Source: Candidatus Micrarchaeota archaeon
GTDB taxonomy: Archaea > Micrarchaeota > Micrarchaeia > Anstonellales > Bilamarchaeaceae
Direction of reading: 5' to 3'
DNA: 64,000 bases
Assembly (NCBI GenBank): GCA_964588555.1
Contig: CAZPPT010000006.1
Location: 12,092-76,091, forward strand
In this document: piece by piece, positions 1 to 8,668 of the stretch
Position numbering within the stretch: position 1 is the stretch's first letter
Layout: every line of letters starts with the position of its first letter
Notes under the pieces: generated by a model
What the model was told of the DNA's origin: nothing
Databases searched by the model: none
Seen by the model: only the letters and a program-made list of their open reading frames with translations
Made by a program: the position numbers and the translations under genes

Positions 1-278
1 CCCCCGATCTTACTTACTAGCTGGCTTACGTCAAATGAAATACTCACTAAGACACTGTTGATGAGCACGCCAAATACGCTAAATATGACAACAAACCCAA
101 GCACAAAGAAGATGCTATTAAGAAATACCTTCATGCGCGCATCTGTGCGCACCTCGCTTTCCTTTAGGCTTACCCCTCCAAGATACGACAAGAATGCCGG
201 GATAAGGGGCAGTACGCACGGCGAGACGAATGACGCGATGCCTGCAATGAATGCAGCGACTGCGGTAATTTCGACCAT

Positions 279-797
279 TTAATTCCCCTCCGCAAGCTTC
301 GTCTTTATCTCGTCCTTTGAGATAGGCGTAAGCAGCCGTTCCCTTACATCGCCGTTTTTATTAAGGATAATTGTCGTGTGTTGGTAGCTCACACCAAACG
401 TTCGTGCCGCTGCACGGTCCTCATCGGTTGTCTTATCATCATTGAAGTGTACCTCAAACCCGATCGCATTTGCATTGTCCAGCTCGTTAAATGCAGCAAG
501 TATCTTAGGCCGGTCCGCATTGCAGATCGGGCACCAGTTGGCGTAAAAGTAAAGGTAGATCGTTTTCCCATCGCCCGAGGCCTTGTTAAAATCCGCTTCG
601 TTATATCTTAAATAGGGCGTGGTGGCACCTGCAATCATTTCCCCGGTGTATCCATCCATATTATCTTGCGTTGTTTTCTCGTTAGGCATTGTGTTGCCAT
701 CGGTACTTTTCTCCATGGCCGGTTCTTGCCCTGTACCAGTGCACCCTGCGGCAAGCATGGCGAGCACAATTATCAAGCTCAATGCAATTTTTTTCAT
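279..797 (-). CDS. Thioredoxin-fold thiol-disulfide oxidoreductase, lipoprotein (TlpA/ResA-like)
   Basis: Lipobox-like N-terminus LAAGC. WCPIC active-site motif in a thioredoxin-like fold. Confidence 0.75.
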   Translation of the reverse strand: MKKIALSLIIVLAMLAAGCTGTGQEPAMEKSTDGNTMPNEKTTQDNMDGYTGEMIAGATTPYLRYNEADFNKASGDGKTIYLYFYANWCPICNADRPKILAAFNELDNANAIGFEVHFNDDKTTDEDRAAARTFGVSYQHTTIILNKNGDVRERLLTPISKDEIKTKLAEGN

Positions 798-807
798 AGT
801 CGATCCC

Positions 808-1098
808 TTACTTATATGGTTTTAGTGTTATGAATAATAATGCACCAAGCCCGACGCCTTCCAGGAGATTGATTATGAGTATGGCGCCCGCAAGCTCTGT
901 TGAGCATTGGGGGGTCATGGTTGTCTGCACATGTATTGCATATACGTTTTGGATAAGGAGGAGTACTGCAAATATGATGAGCCCGCTGCAGAAATGCGAC
1001 CTGATCCGTTTGTAATTATTGACGTATATGAAGAGAAGCGAGGCAAGAATGAGGGCAGTTATTACGGTTATTGCAATTGCCCAATCTATCATCACCAT
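808..1098 (-). CDS. Small hydrophobic membrane protein (hypothetical)
   Basis: 96-aa ORF, largely hydrophobic. No recognisable motif. Confidence 0.3.
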   Translation of the reverse strand: MVMIDWAIAITVITALILASLLFIYVNNYKRIRSHFCSGLIIFAVLLLIQNVYAIHVQTTMTPQCSTELAGAILIINLLEGVGLGALLFITLKPYK

Positions 1099-1124
1099 AG
1101 TACATCACCAGTATTTTTCATTTA

Positions 1125-1439
1125 TTAATGTTCCCCCAAATCTTCCTTTTCCAAACGATCCCATATTTTTTCAAATATCTTCATTTTTGTCTTTGCAAAA
1201 TCAGTAAGGTAATAAAGCTCACCGTACTTTCCCTCTTGCGATGTCCGTGCGAGTCCGTTTTCCACAAGTATCTCAAGATGGTGCTTTACCGTCTTATAAT
1301 CGAGCCCAGTATCTTTAGTGAGCTGGTTTGCATTTGCCGGGCCTGCTAAAAGTATGTAGAGGATCTGCAAGCGGTTCGGCCCGCCCCGTGTGCCTGCCAC
1401 AAGGTGCCATAGTATGTTGTCTGCTTCGTCAAATGCCAC
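1125..1439 (-). CDS. ArsR-family winged-helix transcriptional regulator
   Basis: HTH segment ANQLTKDTGLDYKTVKHHLEILVENGL and wing typical of ArsR/SmtB. Confidence 0.6.
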   Translation of the reverse strand: MAFDEADNILWHLVAGTRGGPNRLQILYILLAGPANANQLTKDTGLDYKTVKHHLEILVENGLARTSQEGKYGELYYLTDFAKTKMKIFEKIWDRLEKEDLGEH

Positions 1440-1483
1440 GTATAGTATACCCCATCAAAATTTAAAAGAGAAGGTTTCATTGT

Positions 1484-1675
1484 ATGTGCATGGACGTTCC
1501 GTTTGAGGTTGGCGACGTTGTTGAGCTTGAGTTCATTGCCATAAACTCGCATGGTGAAGGAATTGCAAAGAAGGACGAATTCGTCATTTTTGTCCCAGGA
1601 GTAAAAAAGGGCGAGCGTTGCAAGGTAAAAATTATGGAAATAAAAAGGACGTATGCAATCGGCCATAAGAAATGA
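1484..1675 (+). CDS. Stand-alone TRAM domain protein
   Basis: 63-aa protein with VGDVVELEFIAINSHGEGIAKKDEFVIFVPG...GERCKVKI, the small archaeal TRAM beta-barrel pattern. Confidence 0.6.
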   Translation: MCMDVPFEVGDVVELEFIAINSHGEGIAKKDEFVIFVPGVKKGERCKVKIMEIKRTYAIGHKK

Positions 1676-1678
1676 GCT

Positions 1679-2158
1679 TTACGACCCAACATTCGTTTGC
1701 TGCCTTGCCGCCCAGAGGCGGATTGCAAGCGGCACCTCATCCAATATTTTTCGCTCTTCGTCGCTCAGCAGATGGCCTTGTTTGCGGCGGGCATCTATCT
1801 TGGCCGCAAGCCGCGCCATGTCCGTAACGACCTCAATGGTTTGCGCACGGCTAATCTGTGGTGCCCTAAGGGCGTCATCCCGTCCTTTATCTTCAGGATG
1901 GGGCGGGTATATTCTCGCTCCTTTCGGGACCCGATCCAGAAGCGCAATATCCCCCTCCTGGGTTTTTCCTGACCTTAGCCTAAGCTCCGCCTCCCCTGCT
2001 TCATATGCAAGGGCAATTGCCAAGGGGTCGTAAAATGGCGATGTCCGCCTTTTTTCCGGTTCTTTAGTGAGCAATCTAAGTTGGTTTAATGCAGCGGTCT
2101 GGATCACGACTAATGCGGATGCAGTAATCGCCCTTCGTTTCATGCGCATAATGGTCAT
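1679..2158 (-). CDS. Hypothetical protein co-directional with and downstream of sigma-like gene 1
   Basis: 159-aa ORF with no recognised motif. Its only notable property is position next to the sigma-like cluster. Confidence 0.4.
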   Translation of the reverse strand: MTIMRMKRRAITASALVVIQTAALNQLRLLTKEPEKRRTSPFYDPLAIALAYEAGEAELRLRSGKTQEGDIALLDRVPKGARIYPPHPEDKGRDDALRAPQISRAQTIEVVTDMARLAAKIDARRKQGHLLSDEERKILDEVPLAIRLWAARQQTNVGS

Positions 2159-2206
2159 TCTCGGATGAATTTTATAAACTTTATCGCTTTGATACCTACA
2201 ATCTCA

Positions 2207-3178
2207 CTATATGAATTCCATTTGTCCGTGTGCCTCCATTAGTTTGCCATGCGTGATGCGCATTAGTTTTCTAAGCCTATGTGCACTGTATCTGGCCGCT
2301 TCGGGGACAAATTTTTGCCCGATCTCTTCTATCCCGTATCCCTGTTCCCGAAGTGCGGCCACTCTTACCTGCCATTCAATTACCCCACTTATCATGAGAA
2401 GCCGCTCAAAATCGGCGCGCAATTCCACACGCCGTATGTCTTCAGACGCTGCCATGATATGGCGTAGCCTTCGCATGTGCCGTTCAGCCCTTGCATCGAG
2501 TGACGCAACACCATATGCATTCTGCATGCATCGGGCTTCGTCATCAAGCTCCTTTCTTTGCAGCGCATAATCTTCTTCTGAAAATAACCTAAGTATCCGT
2601 ACTGCCTCCTTATTTCTAAATCCAAGCGTGGCGAGTTCGTCTACCGTGGGCTTTCGCTTGTGCGCTTCAAAGAATTTGATGATTGCCTCCTTTATGGCAT
2701 GCGTCATATATGTATGATGCGGGATGTGGAGTTTTGGTGCCATGGTTCGGAGGAGTCGCTGCATCTCACGTTGTATTGCAGGGATCGCGAAGGTGGAAAA
2801 CTGCGCTCCTTTTTCCGGCTTAAAATATTCCGCAGCGCGGATCAATGCAACCATGCCTGCATTTGCAAAGTCCTCAAACGTAATACCATACCGTGCCCCT
2901 CTTTGTTCAAAGCCATTTTGCCGTATTGTTGAGCTGACAAGGCGGGCGTTATGGAGTACTAACTGGTCCCGTGCGCGTTTCCCGTGCCGGATTGCGTTGC
3001 GAAGTTCGGTTATTTTTGCCGGGTCGGCTTCAGTACTCAGCTTCTTTTGCGCGCTTCGTGCTGCCTGTACTGCGTGTGCAAGCCGGATGCTCTCCGGGCC
3101 TTCAAGTGCATGGTATCTGTCGAGAATAGTTCCGATAGGATACGGGGAGATTTTATTTGCATTGGATTTTTTCCGCAT
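2207..3178 (-). CDS. Sigma-70 family RNA polymerase sigma factor homologue (paralogue 1; regions 1.2-2-3-4)
   Basis: Region 2: NAGMVALIRAAEYFKPEKGAQFSTFAIPAIQREMQRLL, which matches the consensus GNxGLxKAVEKFDxxRGxKFSTYAxWWIRQAI. Region 3-like KLHIPHH, compared with consensus IRIPVH. Diverged region 4 HTH GIEEIGQKFVPEAARYSAHRLRKL. Confidence 0.75.
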   Translation of the reverse strand: MRKKSNANKISPYPIGTILDRYHALEGPESIRLAHAVQAARSAQKKLSTEADPAKITELRNAIRHGKRARDQLVLHNARLVSSTIRQNGFEQRGARYGITFEDFANAGMVALIRAAEYFKPEKGAQFSTFAIPAIQREMQRLLRTMAPKLHIPHHTYMTHAIKEAIIKFFEAHKRKPTVDELATLGFRNKEAVRILRLFSEEDYALQRKELDDEARCMQNAYGVASLDARAERHMRRLRHIMAASEDIRRVELRADFERLLMISGVIEWQVRVAALREQGYGIEEIGQKFVPEAARYSAHRLRKLMRITHGKLMEAHGQMEFI

Positions 3179-3227
3179 CTGCTTATTAGGTGGCGTTATA
3201 TATTAAAAGGAGGGTATCAGAATTCAA

Positions 3228-4373
3228 CTATGCCGCCTTTCGTTTTCCCTTAAGCCATGTTTTATCCATTGCACGGGAGCCGTTCCTTTTAATGGCGTGG
3301 TTTCCTTCCTTAAGCAACTCGTCATCTATGCTCCCAATCATTTTTTCCTCCTTTAGTATATCAACAATGGTCTGCAGGTTCGTGCCGCTTACCTGCGAAA
3401 GCGTTTTATCGGAAATGGCGTGCAATCCCATTTGTGGCACCCCTGCCTCCAAAAGATACCTTCTTTTGTGCTCCAAGCTCCAAAATTCACGCCCTGGCTT
3501 TTTGCGGCCTGTTTTTTCCGCAAGCCTTTCAAGTATGCGGTCCTTCCGACTCTTGACCGCTTGCTTTGTTATTGTTCGTGAGAACAGTTTTCGGTCACCG
3601 GCGATCTCTTGGAGTTCAAAGCCGACCGCGCATCTTGCAAGTATCCCTTTCTCCTGGGCCGTGATGTCATCCCGCCTAAAAATCTCCATTAGTTCGATAT
3701 GCGCACCGATACGGTTATCCCCTGTTGGGTCACGGATCACTTCTTTTAATTGCATTGTTTCATCGCCTTCATATATCAATCCATCAATAGTTCCAAGCCC
3801 ATGGCTGTTTTTGAATTCTAGGTATAACGATTCCCATTTTTCTCGTTCTTTTCCATAATCATCGCTTAGCTTGCCAAGTATTTCCTTTGCCCGTTTGGTT
3901 TTGAGCCCGCGTTTTTCTATTTCTTGTTCAGTTGGTTTTCTTCCAAGCAGGTGCATCATTTCAAGTATGCGGTCAAGGATGGAGATGGCACTTCCAAGCG
4001 TGCGCGCTACTCTTACCTGCGGGCCTTGATAAGCAATCAGGTTTCGTACATTGTTTTGCATATTGATAAAACAAAATGCCCTTAGTTGCCCCTTATCAGG
4101 TTCAAATTCCTTGCATGCCTGCATGACCCCTTCTGCCGCTGCCTGCAGTATGTCTTCAGGCAGTAACCCACGTCGTTTTGCGCGGAAATATAGTTCTGAC
4201 CTTTTTATAAGGTGGACATACTGGAGGGCATGGAGCGTGAGTTTTTCACGGGCGGCAGGGTCATTTGTTTTTCCATATGCCCTCACTTCCTCATCAGTAA
4301 GCGGCAGGTAGTTTTTTGCATAATTGGAAGCCATGCGGCGCATGGGTGAACCTGATACTTTGTTACGTTTCAT
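3228..4373 (-). CDS. Sigma-70 family sigma factor homologue (paralogue 2)
   Basis: Region 2: AAAEGVMQACKEFEPDKGQLRAFCFINMQNNVRNLI. Region 4-like: ILARCAVGFELQEIAGDRKLFSRTITKQAVKSRKDRILERL. Sits in tandem with paralogue 1. Confidence 0.7.
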   Translation of the reverse strand: MKRNKVSGSPMRRMASNYAKNYLPLTDEEVRAYGKTNDPAAREKLTLHALQYVHLIKRSELYFRAKRRGLLPEDILQAAAEGVMQACKEFEPDKGQLRAFCFINMQNNVRNLIAYQGPQVRVARTLGSAISILDRILEMMHLLGRKPTEQEIEKRGLKTKRAKEILGKLSDDYGKEREKWESLYLEFKNSHGLGTIDGLIYEGDETMQLKEVIRDPTGDNRIGAHIELMEIFRRDDITAQEKGILARCAVGFELQEIAGDRKLFSRTITKQAVKSRKDRILERLAEKTGRKKPGREFWSLEHKRRYLLEAGVPQMGLHAISDKTLSQVSGTNLQTIVDILKEEKMIGSIDDELLKEGNHAIKRNGSRAMDKTWLKGKRKAA

Positions 4374-4415
4374 ATCTTAATTAGTATAGTGTTAGTAATT
4401 TAAACTGTATGGTCA

Positions 4416-4784
4416 TTAAAGCCTGACGAGCACGTCATTCCCCTCAATCTTTACCTCGTATTTTGGTATCGGTTCAGATGCCGGAGGGGCCGTATTCTTG
4501 CCAGTTGCAATATCAAATCGTGCACCGTGCCACGGGCATTCTATTTCATTTCCGTCTACCTCCCCTTCATCAAGCGGCCCATCTGCATGCGTACATTTGG
4601 CCCCGATGCCATATACCTTCCCGCCGGTGTTAATAAGCACTATATCCTTTCCTTGCACGCTTACCTTGTGTGCAGTACCGGGCTTTATCTCAGCAAGAGT
4701 ACAGACTTTTATGAAATTGGGCATATGATTCACCGTATCGTAATGCTTGTTTGATATTAAAATAGTTCCCTTCAAGATTTGCAT
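4416..4784 (-). CDS. Rieske [2Fe-2S] ferredoxin domain protein
   Basis: Two Rieske boxes, CTHADGPL and CPWHGARF (CxH...CxxH). Confidence 0.75.
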   Translation of the reverse strand: MQILKGTILISNKHYDTVNHMPNFIKVCTLAEIKPGTAHKVSVQGKDIVLINTGGKVYGIGAKCTHADGPLDEGEVDGNEIECPWHGARFDIATGKNTAPPASEPIPKYEVKIEGNDVLVRL

Positions 4785-4795
4785 ATAAATTTAAT

Positions 4796-6748
4796 ATGTA
4801 CCACCTAACTGTTGCTTGTGGTACCATGCCAAAAAGACTAAAAAAACCCAAAAATTATTCCCATTCACCGCGTGAACATGTCGATGCCATCCTTAATTCC
4901 CATGCATTATTCGACCATAGGTTAAATTTTTTGTTCGCCGACATCGTACGGGAGGGCAGGCAGGCAAGACGCGTGTTGCAAGAACTTTCAGGCAACCTTC
5001 GTGAGCCGCTTGTTTCGAAGCTTGAAGAGGCGGCCCTGCATGGGGAGCGTGCAGCTGAGGCCATGATTCTTCATAACGTTGGACTTGTGGCCGGATTTAT
5101 TAAGAAATGTGTTTTTGGCAACCCTCGAATACGTCGTATAGCCAAGCGCAGCCATATCGAGTATGAGGACCTTGTGCCAATTGGGGTAGTCGGCCTCCAA
5201 AAGGCCGTTGAACGCTATGATCCTGAAAGGGACGTGCTTTTTTCCACCTATGCACGATACTGGGTCCGCCAAGCCATTTTTATGTACCTTGCTGATAATG
5301 GGTCGCACATCCGCGTTCCCCGGAGCTTAATCGGCCAGCTACGGAAGACCGAGAAGATTATCGCGTTTGTCGAAATGCATAGGAGAAAACCGACAAAGGA
5401 GGAATTAAATGCGGTGCTTGGCGAGGCAAGTGTCGAGGCCGAACAGATTCTTGATAGTTTTGATGATCATGACCTTGAACGTGTGAGGGATGATGTACGC
5501 AAGAAACGAAATGGGGTGACAGCAGCCGGCCAAATTTTGTCCTTGTCAATGCCCGTCGGTGAAAATGAAGGCCAGACCCTTGGCGACCTGCTTGCAAGCC
5601 AGGGTTCAGACCCAGAATCTTCATTGTTTAGGCGTGAGTTTGCCACTGCTGTCCTGGAAGCCGTTTCGTCATTATCCAAGCGCGATCAGGTCATTGTTGA
5701 AGGGAGGCTTTTTCATAAACGGGAACTCCGTGTAATTGGGGAAGACTTATGCGTTTCGGGCGAGAATGTGCGCCAGCTTGCATTTCTTGCGTTTCGGCGG
5801 CTGATTGAGCACATGCGCAGCTCTGCGATTGATTCGGGCTACGTGAGCGCCTTTATTTGTTATCTTACGCAGGAATCAGGTATCCTTAAGCAAACTGCCA
5901 AGTTTAAGGAAAAAATTGAATACCTGAAAAGTGAGCCTGACCTGCCTCATCGGCTTGCATTGGATGCAGGGTCAGGGCTTTACATGCTCCCGCCACTTTC
6001 ATTTCTACGTCAAATTATCCCTGAGTTGCGCACGGCGGGGATTCTTAATGGCCTGCATATTGACCTTCTTATACTTTTATATTCGCGGTACGCTACTGAA
6101 AAACAATCGTGCGCCGAAATCGCTTTACGTGAAAAAGAACGGCGCAGCCCAAAGGAAATGCCTGCAAGGCGTGTTTACGTTACCGCGGATAAGAAAATCA
6201 ACTATCTTGTTTCAGAAGGCTTTTCTAATGATACGGCCGCAGATCTTTTGGGGCTGGGCACATCCGTATCATTTGAGGCATTACAGTTTGCAATCCCTAG
6301 GCTAAAAGAAGCCGGGCTTGCCCCTTTTATTACTGAACGAATGCTCGTAAACGCGACCCGGCTCTATAAACGGGTTGGCACGGATGATGCAAAATGGGCG
6401 TACTGGCTCCACAAGCAGAGGAGAACTGCCGGACTTGCAACAGGGTCAGCGAGGAGGCCGCACGCACATAAGTCTTTAGGAGAGAAAATAGCATATCTTG
6501 AAGAACAGGGGATCGATCCACAGGGACTTTTAGAAGGCCGGCCAAACATCCGCTCCGTTCCCCTTACGTTCTTACGAGTGTTTATTCCCCTTCTTGCGCA
6601 AGCGCGCCGTCTTGAGGATATTTCAAGCCCGCTTTTGGTGGCGGCATACAAGGAATCAAGGAAACGCCGTTCGTCAGATGCGCTTTCTAAGTGGCTTAAG
6701 GGATATCATGAAAGAGGGGCATATTCATCCAAAACGCCAATCAGCTGA
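4796..6748 (+). CDS. Sigma-70 family sigma factor homologue (paralogue 3) with a ~320-aa C-terminal extension of unknown function
   Basis: Region 2: IGVVGLQKAVERYDPERDVLFSTYARYWVRQAIFMYL. Region 3 HIRVPRS. Region 4: RELRVIGEDLCVSGENVRQLAFLAFRRL. An alternative start is MPKRLKK at 4826. Confidence 0.75.
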   Translation: MYHLTVACGTMPKRLKKPKNYSHSPREHVDAILNSHALFDHRLNFLFADIVREGRQARRVLQELSGNLREPLVSKLEEAALHGERAAEAMILHNVGLVAGFIKKCVFGNPRIRRIAKRSHIEYEDLVPIGVVGLQKAVERYDPERDVLFSTYARYWVRQAIFMYLADNGSHIRVPRSLIGQLRKTEKIIAFVEMHRRKPTKEELNAVLGEASVEAEQILDSFDDHDLERVRDDVRKKRNGVTAAGQILSLSMPVGENEGQTLGDLLASQGSDPESSLFRREFATAVLEAVSSLSKRDQVIVEGRLFHKRELRVIGEDLCVSGENVRQLAFLAFRRLIEHMRSSAIDSGYVSAFICYLTQESGILKQTAKFKEKIEYLKSEPDLPHRLALDAGSGLYMLPPLSFLRQIIPELRTAGILNGLHIDLLILLYSRYATEKQSCAEIALREKERRSPKEMPARRVYVTADKKINYLVSEGFSNDTAADLLGLGTSVSFEALQFAIPRLKEAGLAPFITERMLVNATRLYKRVGTDDAKWAYWLHKQRRTAGLATGSARRPHAHKSLGEKIAYLEEQGIDPQGLLEGRPNIRSVPLTFLRVFIPLLAQARRLEDISSPLLVAAYKESRKRRSSDALSKWLKGYHERGAYSSKTPIS

Positions 6749-7061
6749 TGTCCCGGTGCGCCTGATACATAAATGCGGCATCCTCATGGTACTTTGCAAG
6801 TATTGAAATGACAAGGCCAAATATCTCGGTTGAGTTTATCTCATTTCTTCCACTGATCGTTTTCTTCAGTTCGCTTACGACCTGTTCGGCAAGTTTTTCA
6901 CATTCCCGTTCCTTAATGTCACAGCTTGCACACGATGCATAAATAGAGCCATATACCTTCCGTTCGTCAAATGGTTCGTTGTGTCCCCGTCTTTTTACTA
7001 CGAGTGGTTTAGGCCGCGGTATTGTTTTTTCCTTTTTAATTTTCTTTTTTGTCTTTACCAT
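6741..7061 (-). CDS. ATP-cone domain protein
   Basis: VVKRRGHNEPFDERKVYGSI...LAEQVVSEL pattern, an NrdR/ATP-cone-like regulatory domain. Confidence 0.5.
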   Translation of the reverse strand: MVKTKKKIKKEKTIPRPKPLVVKRRGHNEPFDERKVYGSIYASCASCDIKERECEKLAEQVVSELKKTISGRNEINSTEIFGLVISILAKYHEDAAFMYQAHRDIS

Positions 7062-7070
7062 CCGACCACC

Positions 7071-7781
7071 CTAATTTAGGTTAATTGTACCATTTGCAAT
7101 TAATATCAGGAGCCATCCAAGGACCACAAGCGTTATCCCTATCGCAAGCCGCATATGTGCGCGGGATGCGCTTTTCCATTTTGCAAGGTCCTGTACCTTG
7201 GTACCAAGCATGACTGCAACCAAAATTGCGATGAGCGGCGCAACAAAAATTATGTTATATAATATAAGAAGAAGGAATGCCGTAAAGTCAAAACTTTGCG
7301 AAAGCAAGAGGATAATCGCAAGGTATGGCCCGCCGGTGCATGGTAATTCAACGGCTGCGACAAACGCCCCAAGAAGGACAACTCCTGGCCCCGAGATATT
7401 CTCCATCATCTTTTTGATGTCCTTTGCCCGTTCCGGCGGTATTGCAAGCGAAAGCCCCTGCCCGTACCAGAAGAAATCCTTGATCTCGATGATGCCGCCT
7501 ATCACAATAACTGTTCCGACAATGATTGCTATGTATTCCGCAACCCATAACGGTATATACTGGAAAAATGCAATAAGCCCAAGCCCGGCAAGAAGATATG
7601 TAAAAAATATTGAAAATACATAGAGTGCCCCATACATGAGCATCTTTTTCTTTAGTTCTGAATTTGCAATCATAAGCGATACTAAAAGAATCATGACCCC
7701 AATTGCACAGGGGTTGATCGAATCAATAAGAGCAGTAACCACTACGGTCCCAATTTCAGGTAATCCGGTGCCAACGCTCAT
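7071..7781 (-). CDS. ccdA: CcdA/DsbD-family thiol-disulfide transporter (cytochrome c-type biogenesis protein-like)
   Basis: Polytopic membrane protein with the two conserved Cys in INPCA and LPCTGGPY. Confidence 0.75.
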   Translation of the reverse strand: MSVGTGLPEIGTVVVTALIDSINPCAIGVMILLVSLMIANSELKKKMLMYGALYVFSIFFTYLLAGLGLIAFFQYIPLWVAEYIAIIVGTVIVIGGIIEIKDFFWYGQGLSLAIPPERAKDIKKMMENISGPGVVLLGAFVAAVELPCTGGPYLAIILLLSQSFDFTAFLLLILYNIIFVAPLIAILVAVMLGTKVQDLAKWKSASRAHMRLAIGITLVVLGWLLILIANGTINLN

Positions 7782-8590
7782 TGTACTTCCCTCATTTCGC
7801 CCTTTTCTATCGCAATACGGTATGTTTCACAGATGCGGTCTGTCCTTTCCTTTTGGGGCGCAAATTCAATTATGATGCAGTCGCCGGGCGGTACGTCCAT
7901 GTAGGGTGCAGGTACGACGTCCTGCGGATCTGTCACCTTTCGTTGTTCATAAATAAAATCGGTCTTTTTTCCGGGTTCACCGTTGATCACGCGATACTGA
8001 AAGACCTGTATTATACCATTCTGGTTTCCGCACATTTCCCCGTCCTTCCAGGTTTGCAATCCGCCGTTCGTGGGCACCGTCAATTCCCCGCCCTCAAGCT
8101 TTCCGCCGATAAGTTCAAAGAAAACGGGGAGCGCGGCGTCTGTCCTTATTTCATGGACGACACCTTCAATATGGAGGCGCCTATCATTGTGTTCATGGTA
8201 TAACGGGCTTCCAACTTTGTTCTCAAGTCCCACGGGGTCGATGAGATTGACTTCTTCACTGCATGCCCATATCTCCAGGTCTGCATGCCAATGCACTGGC
8301 CCTCCTGTTTCTGAAACCATGTTGAGGTACACCGTTGTTGCTGCCATATAAAATGTTGCAACTGTTATTGGTGCAGCAATCACGATAAATAGTATCTTTT
8401 TGCCCGTTTCGCCTATCCGGTGCGTAATCATAAGTGCGATAACAATTGAAATTCCTGAGATCGCGGCCGCACCATATATGATGATTACCGGGTCAGGTAA
8501 GCCAAGCCGTTCCCACACTGAGAGTTTCGCTTCTGTTTCATGTGCAGCAGAAATTGCCATAAGTAAAAGGAAAACAAGTGCAATCCGCAT
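7778..8590 (-). CDS. Membrane-anchored His-rich extracytoplasmic protein, paralogue A (uncharacterised)
   Basis: N-terminal TM segments then HWHADLEIWACSEE...LYHEHNDRRLHIEG. Shares an HWH...H.H...FF.I.G core with 55679-56278. Overlaps the ccdA start by 4 nt (ATGA). Confidence 0.5.
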   Translation of the reverse strand: MRIALVFLLLMAISAAHETEAKLSVWERLGLPDPVIIIYGAAAISGISIVIALMITHRIGETGKKILFIVIAAPITVATFYMAATTVYLNMVSETGGPVHWHADLEIWACSEEVNLIDPVGLENKVGSPLYHEHNDRRLHIEGVVHEIRTDAALPVFFELIGGKLEGGELTVPTNGGLQTWKDGEMCGNQNGIIQVFQYRVINGEPGKKTDFIYEQRKVTDPQDVVPAPYMDVPPGDCIIIEFAPQKERTDRICETYRIAIEKGEMREVQ

Positions 8591-8668
8591 AACGAGTACT
8601 CGCCACTACTAATTAAATATATTTCTGTTACTATTTCTATTGTTTCATAAGCAATTAGCTTATGCCAT

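Noticed and set aside
58-282. 74-aa ORF at the window edge
   Set aside because: It is Thr/Asn/Ser-rich and probably antisense to the end of a membrane-protein gene leaving the window. There is insufficient sequence to call.
1653-2033. 126-aa plus-strand ORF
   Set aside because: It is antisense to the better-looking 1679-2158 ORF and is rich in Ser/Arg/Ala, typical of an antisense frame.
2207-6748. Idea that the sigma-factor genes mean the whole contig is bacterial
   Set aside because: Flanking and distant genes are unambiguously archaeal (thermosome, aPelota, Nop5, archaeal AlaRS, PurP, BHB-intron tRNAs). The sigma genes are therefore reported as an anomaly within an archaeal context. A chimeric assembly remains to be excluded.
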